Source: a virus
Taxonomy: Duplodnaviria; Caudoviricetes
Strand: one strand, 5' to 3'
DNA: 64,000 nucleotides
Virus record (IMG/VR): IMGVR_UViG_3300024331_000231
Location: 11,923 to 75,922 of that record
Shown: piece by piece, positions 48,950 to 56,447 of the stretch
How the letters are laid out: each line of letters opens with the position of its first letter
Position numbering within the stretch: position 1 is the first letter of the stretch
Notes under the pieces: generated by a model
Told to the model about the DNA's origin: nothing
Seen by the model: only the letters and a program-made list of their open reading frames with translations
The model's database searches: none
Made by a program: the position numbers and the translations under genes

Positions 48950-49156
48950 TTATTTAAGAGGTTTTTGAGGTACGATACCTGTTACATAAAGAACCTGCCA
49001 TTCTTCACGTAAATTGGCGTCCAATTGGTCGCGGTCAAATCCTAATCTATCCATATAAGAGACAAGCAGAGCGGCAAGAACGGCCTTCGGCATTTTGGTA
49101 TAAAGAGCATTCTTGTCCATTAGCTGCTGAAATTCGTTTTCGGTTTTGAAGGGCAT
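48950..49156 (-). CDS. hypothetical early protein
   Basis: 68 aa; first gene after promoter copy 2. Confidence 0.6.
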   Translation of the reverse strand: MPFKTENEFQQLMDKNALYTKMPKAVLAALLVSYMDRLGFDRDQLDANLREEWQVLYVTGIVPQKPLK

Positions 49157-49200
49157 AAAAACTAGTTTTTGTTAAGAGGTGATTGTGTTAGATGACATAA

Positions 49201-49252
49201 CAAAGATACTCAACTTTGTGGACTATCCAAATATTTCGTTAGTTATTTTAGT
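49201..49252 (-). promoter_or_regulatory. Bacteroidota sigmaA-type promoter, copy 2
   Basis: Minus strand TTTG (49228-49231)-N19-TATCTTTG (49201-49208), a perfect consensus match. Confidence 0.85.
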
Positions 49253-49317
49253 TATTTTTTTTATCTTGAGCTAAGATTCAGTGTTTCAACCCCTTTTCTT
49301 TTAAAACCTTCCGAACT

Positions 49318-50790
49318 ATGGATCCATTGCAAGAGGAGATATTGATGGACGAGTTCCGCAAAGGCAGTCAATTGGCCTTTAAACGGGTATTCGATGAGCT
49401 TAATGAGCATTTGGTATGGTGGTGTAAATGGTCATTTAAACTTGAGATGGAGGAAGCGGAAGACGCGGTTTCCGAAGCCTGGGTGAAAGTGTATAAAAAC
49501 AGGGGGGATTTAAAGAGCTATGAGCATGTGAAACGATTTGTGCATGTGGTTATCCGGAACCAATTAATCGATCGACATCGAGCTGAGGTGACCAAAAGAA
49601 AGGCTATTGAGAATTACACCTTTCTGCATACCGAAGAAATGGAGTGGGAAGGAGCATCAATTTCAAAAAAGGACGAACTATTGGACAACCTGCCTGAATT
49701 AATTCAGCGAGTAAAAGGGAGACGCGGACGGGCATTGCGGCTGTATTTCGTTGAACAGAAGGACACGGGGGAAATAGCTGCGTTAATGGGAATTACCAGG
49801 CAAAGTGCGCTTAACTTGAAAGCTCAGGGAATAGACCAAATTAGGCAATTTATCGAAAATAATGCGTCACTGCCTGAAATTCGCAAGAGTACGAATTCGA
49901 GGGAAGAAGAGGAGGATTTGGAAAAGGCAGTTTTTGCAGCCAATTTGCCTAAATTCCTCAATCATGTGAATTCGAAAACAAAGCGAGTTCTTTCGCTTTA
50001 TTTTCTGGAAAGAAAAAAGACGCAGGAGGTAGCCGCTGAAATGGGAATACCTGCTCAGAGCGCATTGAATTTGAAAAGTCAAGGAGTAGCCACAATTAAG
50101 GCGATCATGGCCGCTAATAATTCGTCGTTTCCTGCTGATAGCGAGAATGAAGCAGAGCCGATTGTTGCCGTGCCTGAGCTCGCAACGGTATTGGTGGAAG
50201 AACCAAGGCCGGTTTTCGTAGTTTCGAATTGGCAACGTGTCACGCATTTAGAGGAATTGATGAAAGGGTTCAAGGCAGGAGAGCGGGACGCGTTCCGTTA
50301 CGTCTATGATCTTTGCAATCGCCAGTGGTTCGGCTTCTGTTTGAGTTTGGAGTTGATCGAGCCAATCGAGGATGTATTAGCGGATCTATGGTATTTGATC
50401 TTTGTAAAAAGGGAACAATTCAAGGATTTTAGGCACGTGAGAAATTACGGTTACGTGTATTTGCGGCATTATTCGATTAATAGCGCAATTGCTTTGCGTA
50501 GAAAGGAGCGAGCACTCGCCAGTGTGGCCATTACAAGGGATTATCCAAAAGAATGGGACAGCAAATTGAATTACAACGCGATAGCCATACATATACTTGA
50601 ATTGCTCAACCGTTCGAAGCGCGCAGCAGGCGCCAAAGTGTTACGACTGCAATTTTTTTATGACATGAGTGTAGAAGATATTGCGGAGCGATTGGGTATT
50701 AGTGTGAAGGCTGCGTATAAGAACAGGTCCCACGCGTTGGAGCATTTGAAAGAGCAATTATCTGAACAAAAAAATTGGCTACTATGTTAA
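49318..50790 (+). CDS. tandem ECF sigma-factor fusion (sigma2-sigma4-sigma4-linker-sigma2-sigma4)
   Basis: EAEDAVSEAWVKVY and IEDVLADLWYLI sigma2 regions; three sigma4 HTHs (EIAALMGIT, EVAAEMGIP, DIAERLGIS). Confidence 0.8.
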   Translation: MDPLQEEILMDEFRKGSQLAFKRVFDELNEHLVWWCKWSFKLEMEEAEDAVSEAWVKVYKNRGDLKSYEHVKRFVHVVIRNQLIDRHRAEVTKRKAIENYTFLHTEEMEWEGASISKKDELLDNLPELIQRVKGRRGRALRLYFVEQKDTGEIAALMGITRQSALNLKAQGIDQIRQFIENNASLPEIRKSTNSREEEEDLEKAVFAANLPKFLNHVNSKTKRVLSLYFLERKKTQEVAAEMGIPAQSALNLKSQGVATIKAIMAANNSSFPADSENEAEPIVAVPELATVLVEEPRPVFVVSNWQRVTHLEELMKGFKAGERDAFRYVYDLCNRQWFGFCLSLELIEPIEDVLADLWYLIFVKREQFKDFRHVRNYGYVYLRHYSINSAIALRRKERALASVAITRDYPKEWDSKLNYNAIAIHILELLNRSKRAAGAKVLRLQFFYDMSVEDIAERLGISVKAAYKNRSHALEHLKEQLSEQKNWLLC

Positions 50791-50981
50791 CTCCGATTCG
50801 CGGTCATTTACAAGAGGGTGGGTCATTGAAGGAGGATTTTATCCTTCAAAATATGATCTTGCTCGAAGGTTATGGGAAGTTGATCACGTTGGCGCAAGAA
50901 AAAGGCTATGAAGACGTTGCCGTGTTGATTGATGCAATATTATCGGCAGCCCGTGAAGCGGCAGAACGGAATCTTTTCTAA
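50775..50981 (+). CDS. hypothetical protein
   Basis: 68 aa, overlapping the end of the sigma gene. Confidence 0.55.
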   Translation: MATMLTPIRGHLQEGGSLKEDFILQNMILLEGYGKLITLAQEKGYEDVAVLIDAILSAAREAAERNLF

Positions 50982-51010
50982 CTAGGCTTTGCGCTATAAG
51001 GTTAAAAGCA

Positions 51011-51040
51011 AGCCCTAGGTATCTACCGGAGGGCTTTTTT
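51011..51040 (+). terminator. intrinsic terminator
   Basis: AGCCCT...AGGGCT stem followed by a T run. Confidence 0.7.
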
Positions 51041-51590
51041 ATTTCGCAATCTTTCCTAACTTGCTATTACTCATCAATAATGCTGAGCAACAAGGTTTTC
51101 ACTGATCTCGTCGTTTTCAAGTAACCGAAGGTCAGCAGAACAGGTGATCAAGGTAAACGAGAGGACAGGGAACTTAGTCAAGCACGCAAATGGTATTACA
51201 GCCCCTGAGTTTCCACTTGGGGGCTTTCTTCATTTAGAGCCCAATGGAGCGCCATTTCCCCCGCGACCTATCAACACTCCACAAACCGATCGAAGAGCCA
51301 GCCAGGGGCCTGCCAGGTGGTTTACCAAACAGTTTACCTACAAACAACAGAACAGAATCTTGCCGGCCGCGAGGGGAACCTGCCGCGAATTCGGGGGCCG
51401 ATTTGGGGGTACCCGGTCGCGAGAAAGCGAAACCCCCGTGGAAAAGAAGGCCCGGAAATACCCCCGGTGCCTCGGAGGTCGGGACTTGTTGAATTTTTGC
51501 GGGCTTGCTGGATTTCAATCGTTTGGCTGCTGCAGGAATATTTTTTCGCCCTTTTGTGGAATATTTTTTACCGAATTCCGGAAATCCGAT
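51040..51590. other. long non-coding segment between convergent genes; candidate genome-end/packaging or origin region
   Basis: About 550 bp without a credible ORF; G/C runs (GGGGGTACCC, AAATACCCCCGG), A/T tracts and a strand-skewed block. Confidence 0.35.
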
Positions 51591-51805
51591 TATTCCCCCG
51601 CGGGGTCGTTTTCGCCGTTGTACTTCCGGTTAACCTCCAAAGCCGCTCGCTCGAATAATGACAGGAAATAAGGATGGGTGAACCTGACGGTCTTCTCTTC
51701 GCCGTCCTCTTCGTAGGTGACGGTGACCTCTTCTACGTGCGATCCGCTGGCTACCTGTGCCGCGATCTGCTTCAAATGCTCCAGTTCTTTTGGGGTGATG
51801 TCCAT
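51590..51805 (-). CDS. small acidic hypothetical protein
   Basis: 71 aa with natural composition. Confidence 0.6.
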   Translation of the reverse strand: MDITPKELEHLKQIAAQVASGSHVEEVTVTYEEDGEEKTVRFTHPYFLSLFERAALEVNRKYNGENDPAGE

Positions 51806-52052
51806 AAACGGGTTTTGGAACGAAAATACCGATTGGTGGGGTGAAATACCCCAGCCCGGGAGCTTTTTCTGGCATTTTGTCTTACTTTGCAGACCTGTAT
51901 AATTTAATTTTAATGATGTAGCCGGCTCCGATGTCTATCGGGGCCTTTTTTATCGTGGTTTGTGGGTATTTTTTGGACCTTGCGTTACTTTTTGACCGAT
52001 TCCGGACTTTAAGTATTTGAAGGATATACCATTTCACCCCAAATCAACCACC

Positions 52053-52502
52053 ATGTCAAGTCAAAAAGACCTGAGTGCCGTAATGACAGCTATGCTACGC
52101 TCGTGGCACCAAAAAGACCTCAAAGAATGCTATCGCCTCTATTTCACCCTTGATCTCGAAGATCGGCAGCTGCTCCGGGAAGCCTTCCGGGTGGCCAGAA
52201 AAAAAGCTCCTGTACCCCAGATGAAAAAGGCCTCCGTCGGTATATACAAGCTCCTGGAGCAAAATATCAAAAGAGAAGTCTCTTTGATGGTAGATAATTC
52301 GCTCGACTTATTATTTTACTGGTTTAATGGCGGAGAAGAGGTCTTTTTTTCCTATTATTCAGCCCTCGGATCCATGGAAAAGGAACTCTTCGTCCAAGGT
52401 CTTGTTGACGGCGCCGGCAAAGATGAAAATCATAAAATACGGCAAGCTGCCATCGATATCCCCATCTATCTGGCCTCGAAAGCCGAAGCATCTACCATCT
52501 GA
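52053..52502 (+). CDS. helical hypothetical protein
   Basis: ATG 52053 (MSSQK...); the track starts at 52017. Confidence 0.6.
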   Translation: MSSQKDLSAVMTAMLRSWHQKDLKECYRLYFTLDLEDRQLLREAFRVARKKAPVPQMKKASVGIYKLLEQNIKREVSLMVDNSLDLLFYWFNGGEEVFFSYYSALGSMEKELFVQGLVDGAGKDENHKIRQAAIDIPIYLASKAEASTI

Positions 52503-52761
52503 ATTTTTTTTTGTAAGGCTGGTTGTTTCTGGAAGCAAGCGGTCTTATTTACGAAATAGGATTTTTTGATGAAAAAAGCCCCGGACCGTTCCCGGCTGGG
52601 GCTATATCTTTTCCCTTCAAAGTTTTTTGCTATCTTTCGCTTACATGATACCCTGTCGTCGAGATGGGGTTGCGTGGATAATAAATCGAGCATTCGTAGG
52701 CCCGGATGTCTATTCGGGCCTCTTTTGGCCGCAATTTATTAAAATTGATTAGCTTTAAGAT

Positions 52762-53011
52762 TATGGATACCCTGATAACCTTCGAGACTTTGTATGACGA
52801 ACTAAAAGCGACGCACCGCGAAACCATTGAACGCATTTCACCTTTAATTGAAGAATACCTTTTTTGTATATTGACAATCAGAAAATTGAAGAAAATAGAG
52901 GATGAAGATCCGGAGCAGATTACAATTTTAGAAAACATCATGAAGCAGGACAGAAAACGGATCGATGACCTTCTGAATTTGGGAATAGATCCAGTATATC
53001 CGGGAAGATAG
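52762..53011 (+). CDS. hypothetical protein
   Basis: MDTLITFE...; its stop codon lies inside the 5' end of tRNA-like element 1. Confidence 0.55.
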
Positions 53012-53082
53012 TACAACGGCAGTATGTGGACCGGTGACGTCAGAGCCGGGCCTTGATCCAGGTTCGATTCCTGGTCTTTCCA
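53002..53082 (+). ncRNA. tRNA-like RNA with an Ala-type acceptor stem and an enlarged anticodon arm
   Basis: Acceptor GGGAAGA/TCTTTCC-A; D arm GTAC-AACGGCA-GTAT; T arm CCAGG-TTCGATT-CCTGG; anticodon arm GGACCGG-11 nt-CCGGGCC. Confidence 0.7.
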
Positions 53083-53169
53083 CGAGGCGTATTGCCTCAA
53101 CCATAGGGAATCTTCCTCCTAACCAGGAGGATGTAATGGTATTCTACGGTTTAGGGTTTAGGGGTTAAA

Positions 53170-53203
53170 AAGGTCCCCATTTCCATGCGGGACCTTCCTT
53201 TTT
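53170..53203 (+). terminator. intrinsic terminator between the tRNA-like elements
   Basis: AAGGTCCC/GGGACCTT stem followed by CCTTTTT. Confidence 0.6.
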
Positions 53204-53226
53204 GAAACGATCTTGGAATCAACATA

Positions 53227-53345
53227 TTGCGGGTGGCGGAATAAGACGCGACGCGCTGCAGCCGTCGAGGCGTGGGGTTAAGCGTTCGGCCGAACGTCTG
53301 TACCGCTGGAAGTCCTCGTGCATGTATCCAATCATGCCCCGCAAA
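53227..53345 (+). ncRNA. type II (Leu-like) tRNA-like RNA with expanded arms
   Basis: Acceptor TTGCGGG/CCCGCAA-A; D arm GCG-GAATAAGA-CGC; T arm GCATG-TATCCAAT-CATGC; long branched anticodon/variable region. Confidence 0.55.
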
Positions 53346-53357
53346 ACTCATTTCTCT

Positions 53358-53577
53358 GTTATGGCGTCAACGAATAGAGCCACCAGGCCATAACGTAAAG
53401 AGCGTGGCTCCTGAAAGGTGACCAGCAATGAGGGCCAAAACCATTGGCCGGCACACCTGCAAATCGTGGCGCGCGGGAAAGACCGCGAAGATGCCGGGAA
53501 TAAACGCGATCGCCTTTTCCCAATACAAGGCGACTTTCGAGCCCGAGGGCCGGGGTGCGATAATAGCTCTCCGGCAT
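53358..53577 (+). ncRNA. putative structured RNA (H-type pseudoknot plus multibranch stems)
   Basis: GTTATGGC/GCCATAAC interleaved with GAGCCAC/GTGGCTC; also AGGTG/CACCT, GGCCAA/TTGGCC, CGCGG/CCGCG, ATGCCGGG/TCCGGCAT, TCGCCTT/AAGGCGA. Confidence 0.45.
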
Positions 53578-53665
53578 TTCTAATTAAATGTATGTCATAG
53601 TTTTATGCTGATTATCTCAAATTAAAAAGCCGCGCATGGACATGCACGGCCACAAAGCACAAAAG

Positions 53666-53737
<72 letters not shown>

Positions 53738-53754
53738 CACTAAAATTACGGATT

Positions 53755-53901
53755 TTATATCTTGGGCCTCTGCTTTTTAGGCGGCTTTACTTGCACTTTT
53801 TTTTGATACACCTCTTTCCAGCGAGGATTGATATTTCCCATCTTATCATATTTGCGGATCAGGTAATTGGGATCATGTTCGCTTTGGCGACGATGCTTCA
53901 T
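53755..53901 (-). CDS. 48-aa basic peptide upstream of tRNA-fMet
   Basis: MKHRRQSEHDPNYLIRKYDKMGNINPRWKEV...; C-terminal part of track ORF 53755-54267. Confidence 0.45.
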   Translation of the reverse strand: MKHRRQSEHDPNYLIRKYDKMGNINPRWKEVYQKKVQVKPPKKQRPKI

Positions 53902-53974
53902 ACAATAAAAATAGAAAAGATTTTGTAATAATATCAATTGTTTTATTACCTTGTGGTGATAACGGGTAAAAATA

Positions 53975-54277
53975 ATGAACATTGGAATCGCTCTCAGAGA
54001 TATAAGGATAAATCTTACCGGGCGGAGGCAGGGGGAGGTAGCAGAAGCAGTAGGGCTTTCACAGACATATCTTTCACAAATTGAATCCGGACAGCGAAAT
54101 CCGACCACGGAAGTCATCGAAATTCTTTGCAAGGAGTATAAAGTACCCATGGCGGTTGTAGTATGGAAAGGTATGGAACCCAGTGATGTAGATAAAAGCA
54201 AACAGCGAAGTTTTGCCCTCATCAGGCCTATTATAGACGATCTCCTGGCAGGCTGGCTGGCTAACAACTATAAATAA
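53975..54277 (+). CDS. XRE-family HTH transcriptional regulator
   Basis: IGIALRDIR...QGEVAEAVGLSQTYLSQIESGQRNPT. Confidence 0.9.
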   Translation: MNIGIALRDIRINLTGRRQGEVAEAVGLSQTYLSQIESGQRNPTTEVIEILCKEYKVPMAVVVWKGMEPSDVDKSKQRSFALIRPIIDDLLAGWLANNYK

Positions 54278-54278
54278 A

Positions 54279-54764
54279 ATGGAACTCAACTTACTTCATC
54301 CCGATTTAGTGGACTTTCCGGCGGCGTATGAAATCACTCCTGCACGGCAGCAGGAATTAAGCCGGCATCTGGACAACATGGTCCGGAAGTGGGGCGATGA
54401 TCCTATGGTGGTCACGACAGCTCGAATCGCACGCGATATCGCCTTGTTTTGCCAAGGACCGGAGGAACTATCCTATTGCCTGATACTACACATGGGCTGG
54501 CATCAACGTAGAGGCCTGCAGCTGACTCCCAGGGGACCCGTAAGGACAGGATTTTCCAAATCGGAACTCATAATCCCTTTGACAGAAGATCATCTCACAC
54601 AGCTAAGAGCAGGCGAAAAATTTCGATTGAACGCAAAGGACGTTGGACTAGTGGATTTGCCGATACTTTTAATGTCAGCCCGAACGGACTGGGAGATTTT
54701 GAAGGCGCAGACGCAGCCGATAGGAATGGTATATAGCTTTCCTCCACAAAAATCAAAAGAGTAG
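54279..54764 (+). CDS. hypothetical phage protein
   Basis: 161 aa, in operon. Confidence 0.6.
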   Translation: MELNLLHPDLVDFPAAYEITPARQQELSRHLDNMVRKWGDDPMVVTTARIARDIALFCQGPEELSYCLILHMGWHQRRGLQLTPRGPVRTGFSKSELIIPLTEDHLTQLRAGEKFRLNAKDVGLVDLPILLMSARTDWEILKAQTQPIGMVYSFPPQKSKE

Positions 54765-54769
54765 TTACC

Positions 54770-55147
54770 ATGGATCCCAAAGTATACATACAGCAAGCAA
54801 AACTGCTTTTAGCAGATATCGTCACCAAATATGGTCACTTGCCTGGTCCCCGTGCGGTAGTTGTGGATGCACTTTCCGACCAAATTAAAAAATTGGAGGA
54901 CAATCAGCAGGGAATATTCACAGAACACGACATGAAAGAAGGTCTTATGATAGGCCTTACGTTCGCAGACATGCGACAATTGTATAATGGGGGAACAATA
55001 AGATGCAATCCCACGTCAGTAGGTCAGGCAGATATACCAATCACTATCTTTTTGGGAGGGACAGACGAACATATGAAAAAAGGGTTGGAAAAGCATACAG
55101 ATGCAAAAGGCGAATTCTTTGACGGCTTCGGAGAACAACACAATTGA
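54770..55147 (+). CDS. hypothetical phage protein
   Basis: 125 aa; its C-terminal half (IGLT..DMRQL..G...I.I..GGTDE.M) parallels the C-terminal half of the upstream ORF. Confidence 0.55.
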   Translation: MDPKVYIQQAKLLLADIVTKYGHLPGPRAVVVDALSDQIKKLEDNQQGIFTEHDMKEGLMIGLTFADMRQLYNGGTIRCNPTSVGQADIPITIFLGGTDEHMKKGLEKHTDAKGEFFDGFGEQHN

Positions 55148-55148
55148 A

Positions 55149-55607
55149 ATGGCAGAGGAAGTAAAACAGGAAGAGCAGTTCGAGCGGATCATCAAGATAG
55201 GCCCCGCATTCGACGAGCGCAACAAAGGTAAAGGTATTGCTGCCTGCCGAATGTTCATGGTGCTGAGGGGGTCTAAAGGATGTGTAGTGCTGTTGATCAA
55301 TACCGGCTGGTTTCTTCCTTGTACCCGCGAATGGAAGGAAATGTGGATACAAAAATCAGGTTTGGATACCTGGGAGCCCAATGGCATGGCTGTAAGTTAT
55401 TGCTCGCCTGTGCCGCTGCATGATTGGCAAGAGGGAAGAGCGAATTGTGATTGGCTCGGCTGTACCTGCTATGGCGATACTGGCTACAGCCTCGCTGACG
55501 AGCCGTTTGAACTACTGCTAACCAAAGGAAGCGACGCCGTTTTCGAGTGGCTGACGGCCTATTATCATTCTACATTTGACAACGTTCAACCAATAAACCC
55601 AGAATAA
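55149..55607 (+). CDS. hypothetical Cys/Trp-rich phage protein
   Basis: Likely start MAEEVK at 55149; CDWLGCTCYGD. Confidence 0.6.
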   Translation: MAEEVKQEEQFERIIKIGPAFDERNKGKGIAACRMFMVLRGSKGCVVLLINTGWFLPCTREWKEMWIQKSGLDTWEPNGMAVSYCSPVPLHDWQEGRANCDWLGCTCYGDTGYSLADEPFELLLTKGSDAVFEWLTAYYHSTFDNVQPINPE

Positions 55608-55608
55608 A

Positions 55609-56019
55609 ATGACAAGCGAATTAAAAACGGGACTGTGGATCGCCTTGGGGGCAGCATGCGTCATTACGCTTCTTTTGTGGGGCTGCCCTTCTTATAAAGT
55701 CTATTCTTCCCGTAAGAATGGGGAAGCCGAACTGGCGCAGGCCCAGTATTCCCGGGAAGTCGCTGTAGCGGAAGCACGAGCAAAGATGAAGTCGGCGGCA
55801 TTGCTGGCGGAGGCCGACACGATCCGGGCGCATGGAATTGCAGCCAGTAACCAAATTATCGGTAGATCTCTGGAGGGAAATCCCAGCTATTTGCAGTGGT
55901 TATGGATTGATGAATTGAAACAGACACAAAATCAGATTATTTACATTCCCAGCGGTCAGTTGGGAATGCCCATAATGGAAGCTAACCGTCTCGTAAAACC
56001 GCAACAACCGGCGCAATGA
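55609..56019 (+). CDS. membrane protein, truncated SPFH/band-7-like
   Basis: TM segment, Ala/Glu coiled coil, YLQWLWID...IIYIP. Confidence 0.65.
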   Translation: MTSELKTGLWIALGAACVITLLLWGCPSYKVYSSRKNGEAELAQAQYSREVAVAEARAKMKSAALLAEADTIRAHGIAASNQIIGRSLEGNPSYLQWLWIDELKQTQNQIIYIPSGQLGMPIMEANRLVKPQQPAQ

Positions 56020-56237
56020 TAGTGAAAATACAATTATCGCTTGATTCCAATTTGAAAGGACACACTGCTGGTTCGCGCATGTTAGCTTATAACGAAGATC
56101 GATCAGTGATGATGGAAATGAATACCCCGAAAGAGGTAGTAAATTTAATGGACGGTCGGTTCAAGGCTTTTTTTCATGCCGATATCGTTGACGGAAAGTT
56201 GGAAGTCCAAAGCGAAGCACCACGGCAAAACTGGTAA
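56016..56237 (+). CDS. hypothetical phage protein
   Basis: 73 aa, ATGA coupled. Confidence 0.6.
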   Translation: MIVKIQLSLDSNLKGHTAGSRMLAYNEDRSVMMEMNTPKEVVNLMDGRFKAFFHADIVDGKLEVQSEAPRQNW

Positions 56238-56242
56238 AAACC

Positions 56243-56440
56243 ATGATAGTCATCCTCAATAACGGAGCGAAGATCTTTGTCACAAAAGAAGTAGGCCAAC
56301 TTATTATAAATGCCCTTCTAAAATCGCGGGAAGAGGCCCGGCGCTGGCAGGTAGAAGTAAGACTTGATGGAAAATTAAGAGCATTTAACCCCGAACAGAT
56401 TGCCCTTATCTGTGAAGACGACGATATTGTTTTAATATAA
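56243..56440 (+). CDS. hypothetical phage protein
   Basis: 65 aa. Confidence 0.55.
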   Translation: MIVILNNGAKIFVTKEVGQLIINALLKSREEARRWQVEVRLDGKLRAFNPEQIALICEDDDIVLI

Positions 56441-56447
56441 ATTACTC

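Noticed and set aside
51144-51671. Several overlapping ORFs (175, 94, 82 and 113 aa) in the 51-kb gap
   Set aside because: Non-ATG or poorly supported starts, atypical composition, mutually overlapping; treated as non-coding.
53083-53410. HDV-like (theta) ribozyme at the 3' ends of the tRNA-like elements
   Set aside because: Could not build the P1-P2-P3-L3-P1.1-P4 topology; only 3 nt separate S2 from S1', leaving no room for P3/L3. A covariance-model search is still advisable.
53405-53460. c-di-GMP-I riboswitch (CCTGAAAGG, GGCCAAAACCATTG)
   Set aside because: Superficial resemblance only; the conserved GGCAAACC and GACGCAAAGC elements are absent and no downstream gene is positioned for control.
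53002-53577. tmRNA, intact or permuted
   Set aside because: Element 1 has an Ala-type acceptor but a full D stem and a closed short arm; I found no tag reading frame ending in an ALAA-like sequence.
53902-54267. 170-aa minus-strand ORF as a whole
   Set aside because: Its N-terminal part is antisense to the XRE gene; only the last 48 codons look like a real gene.
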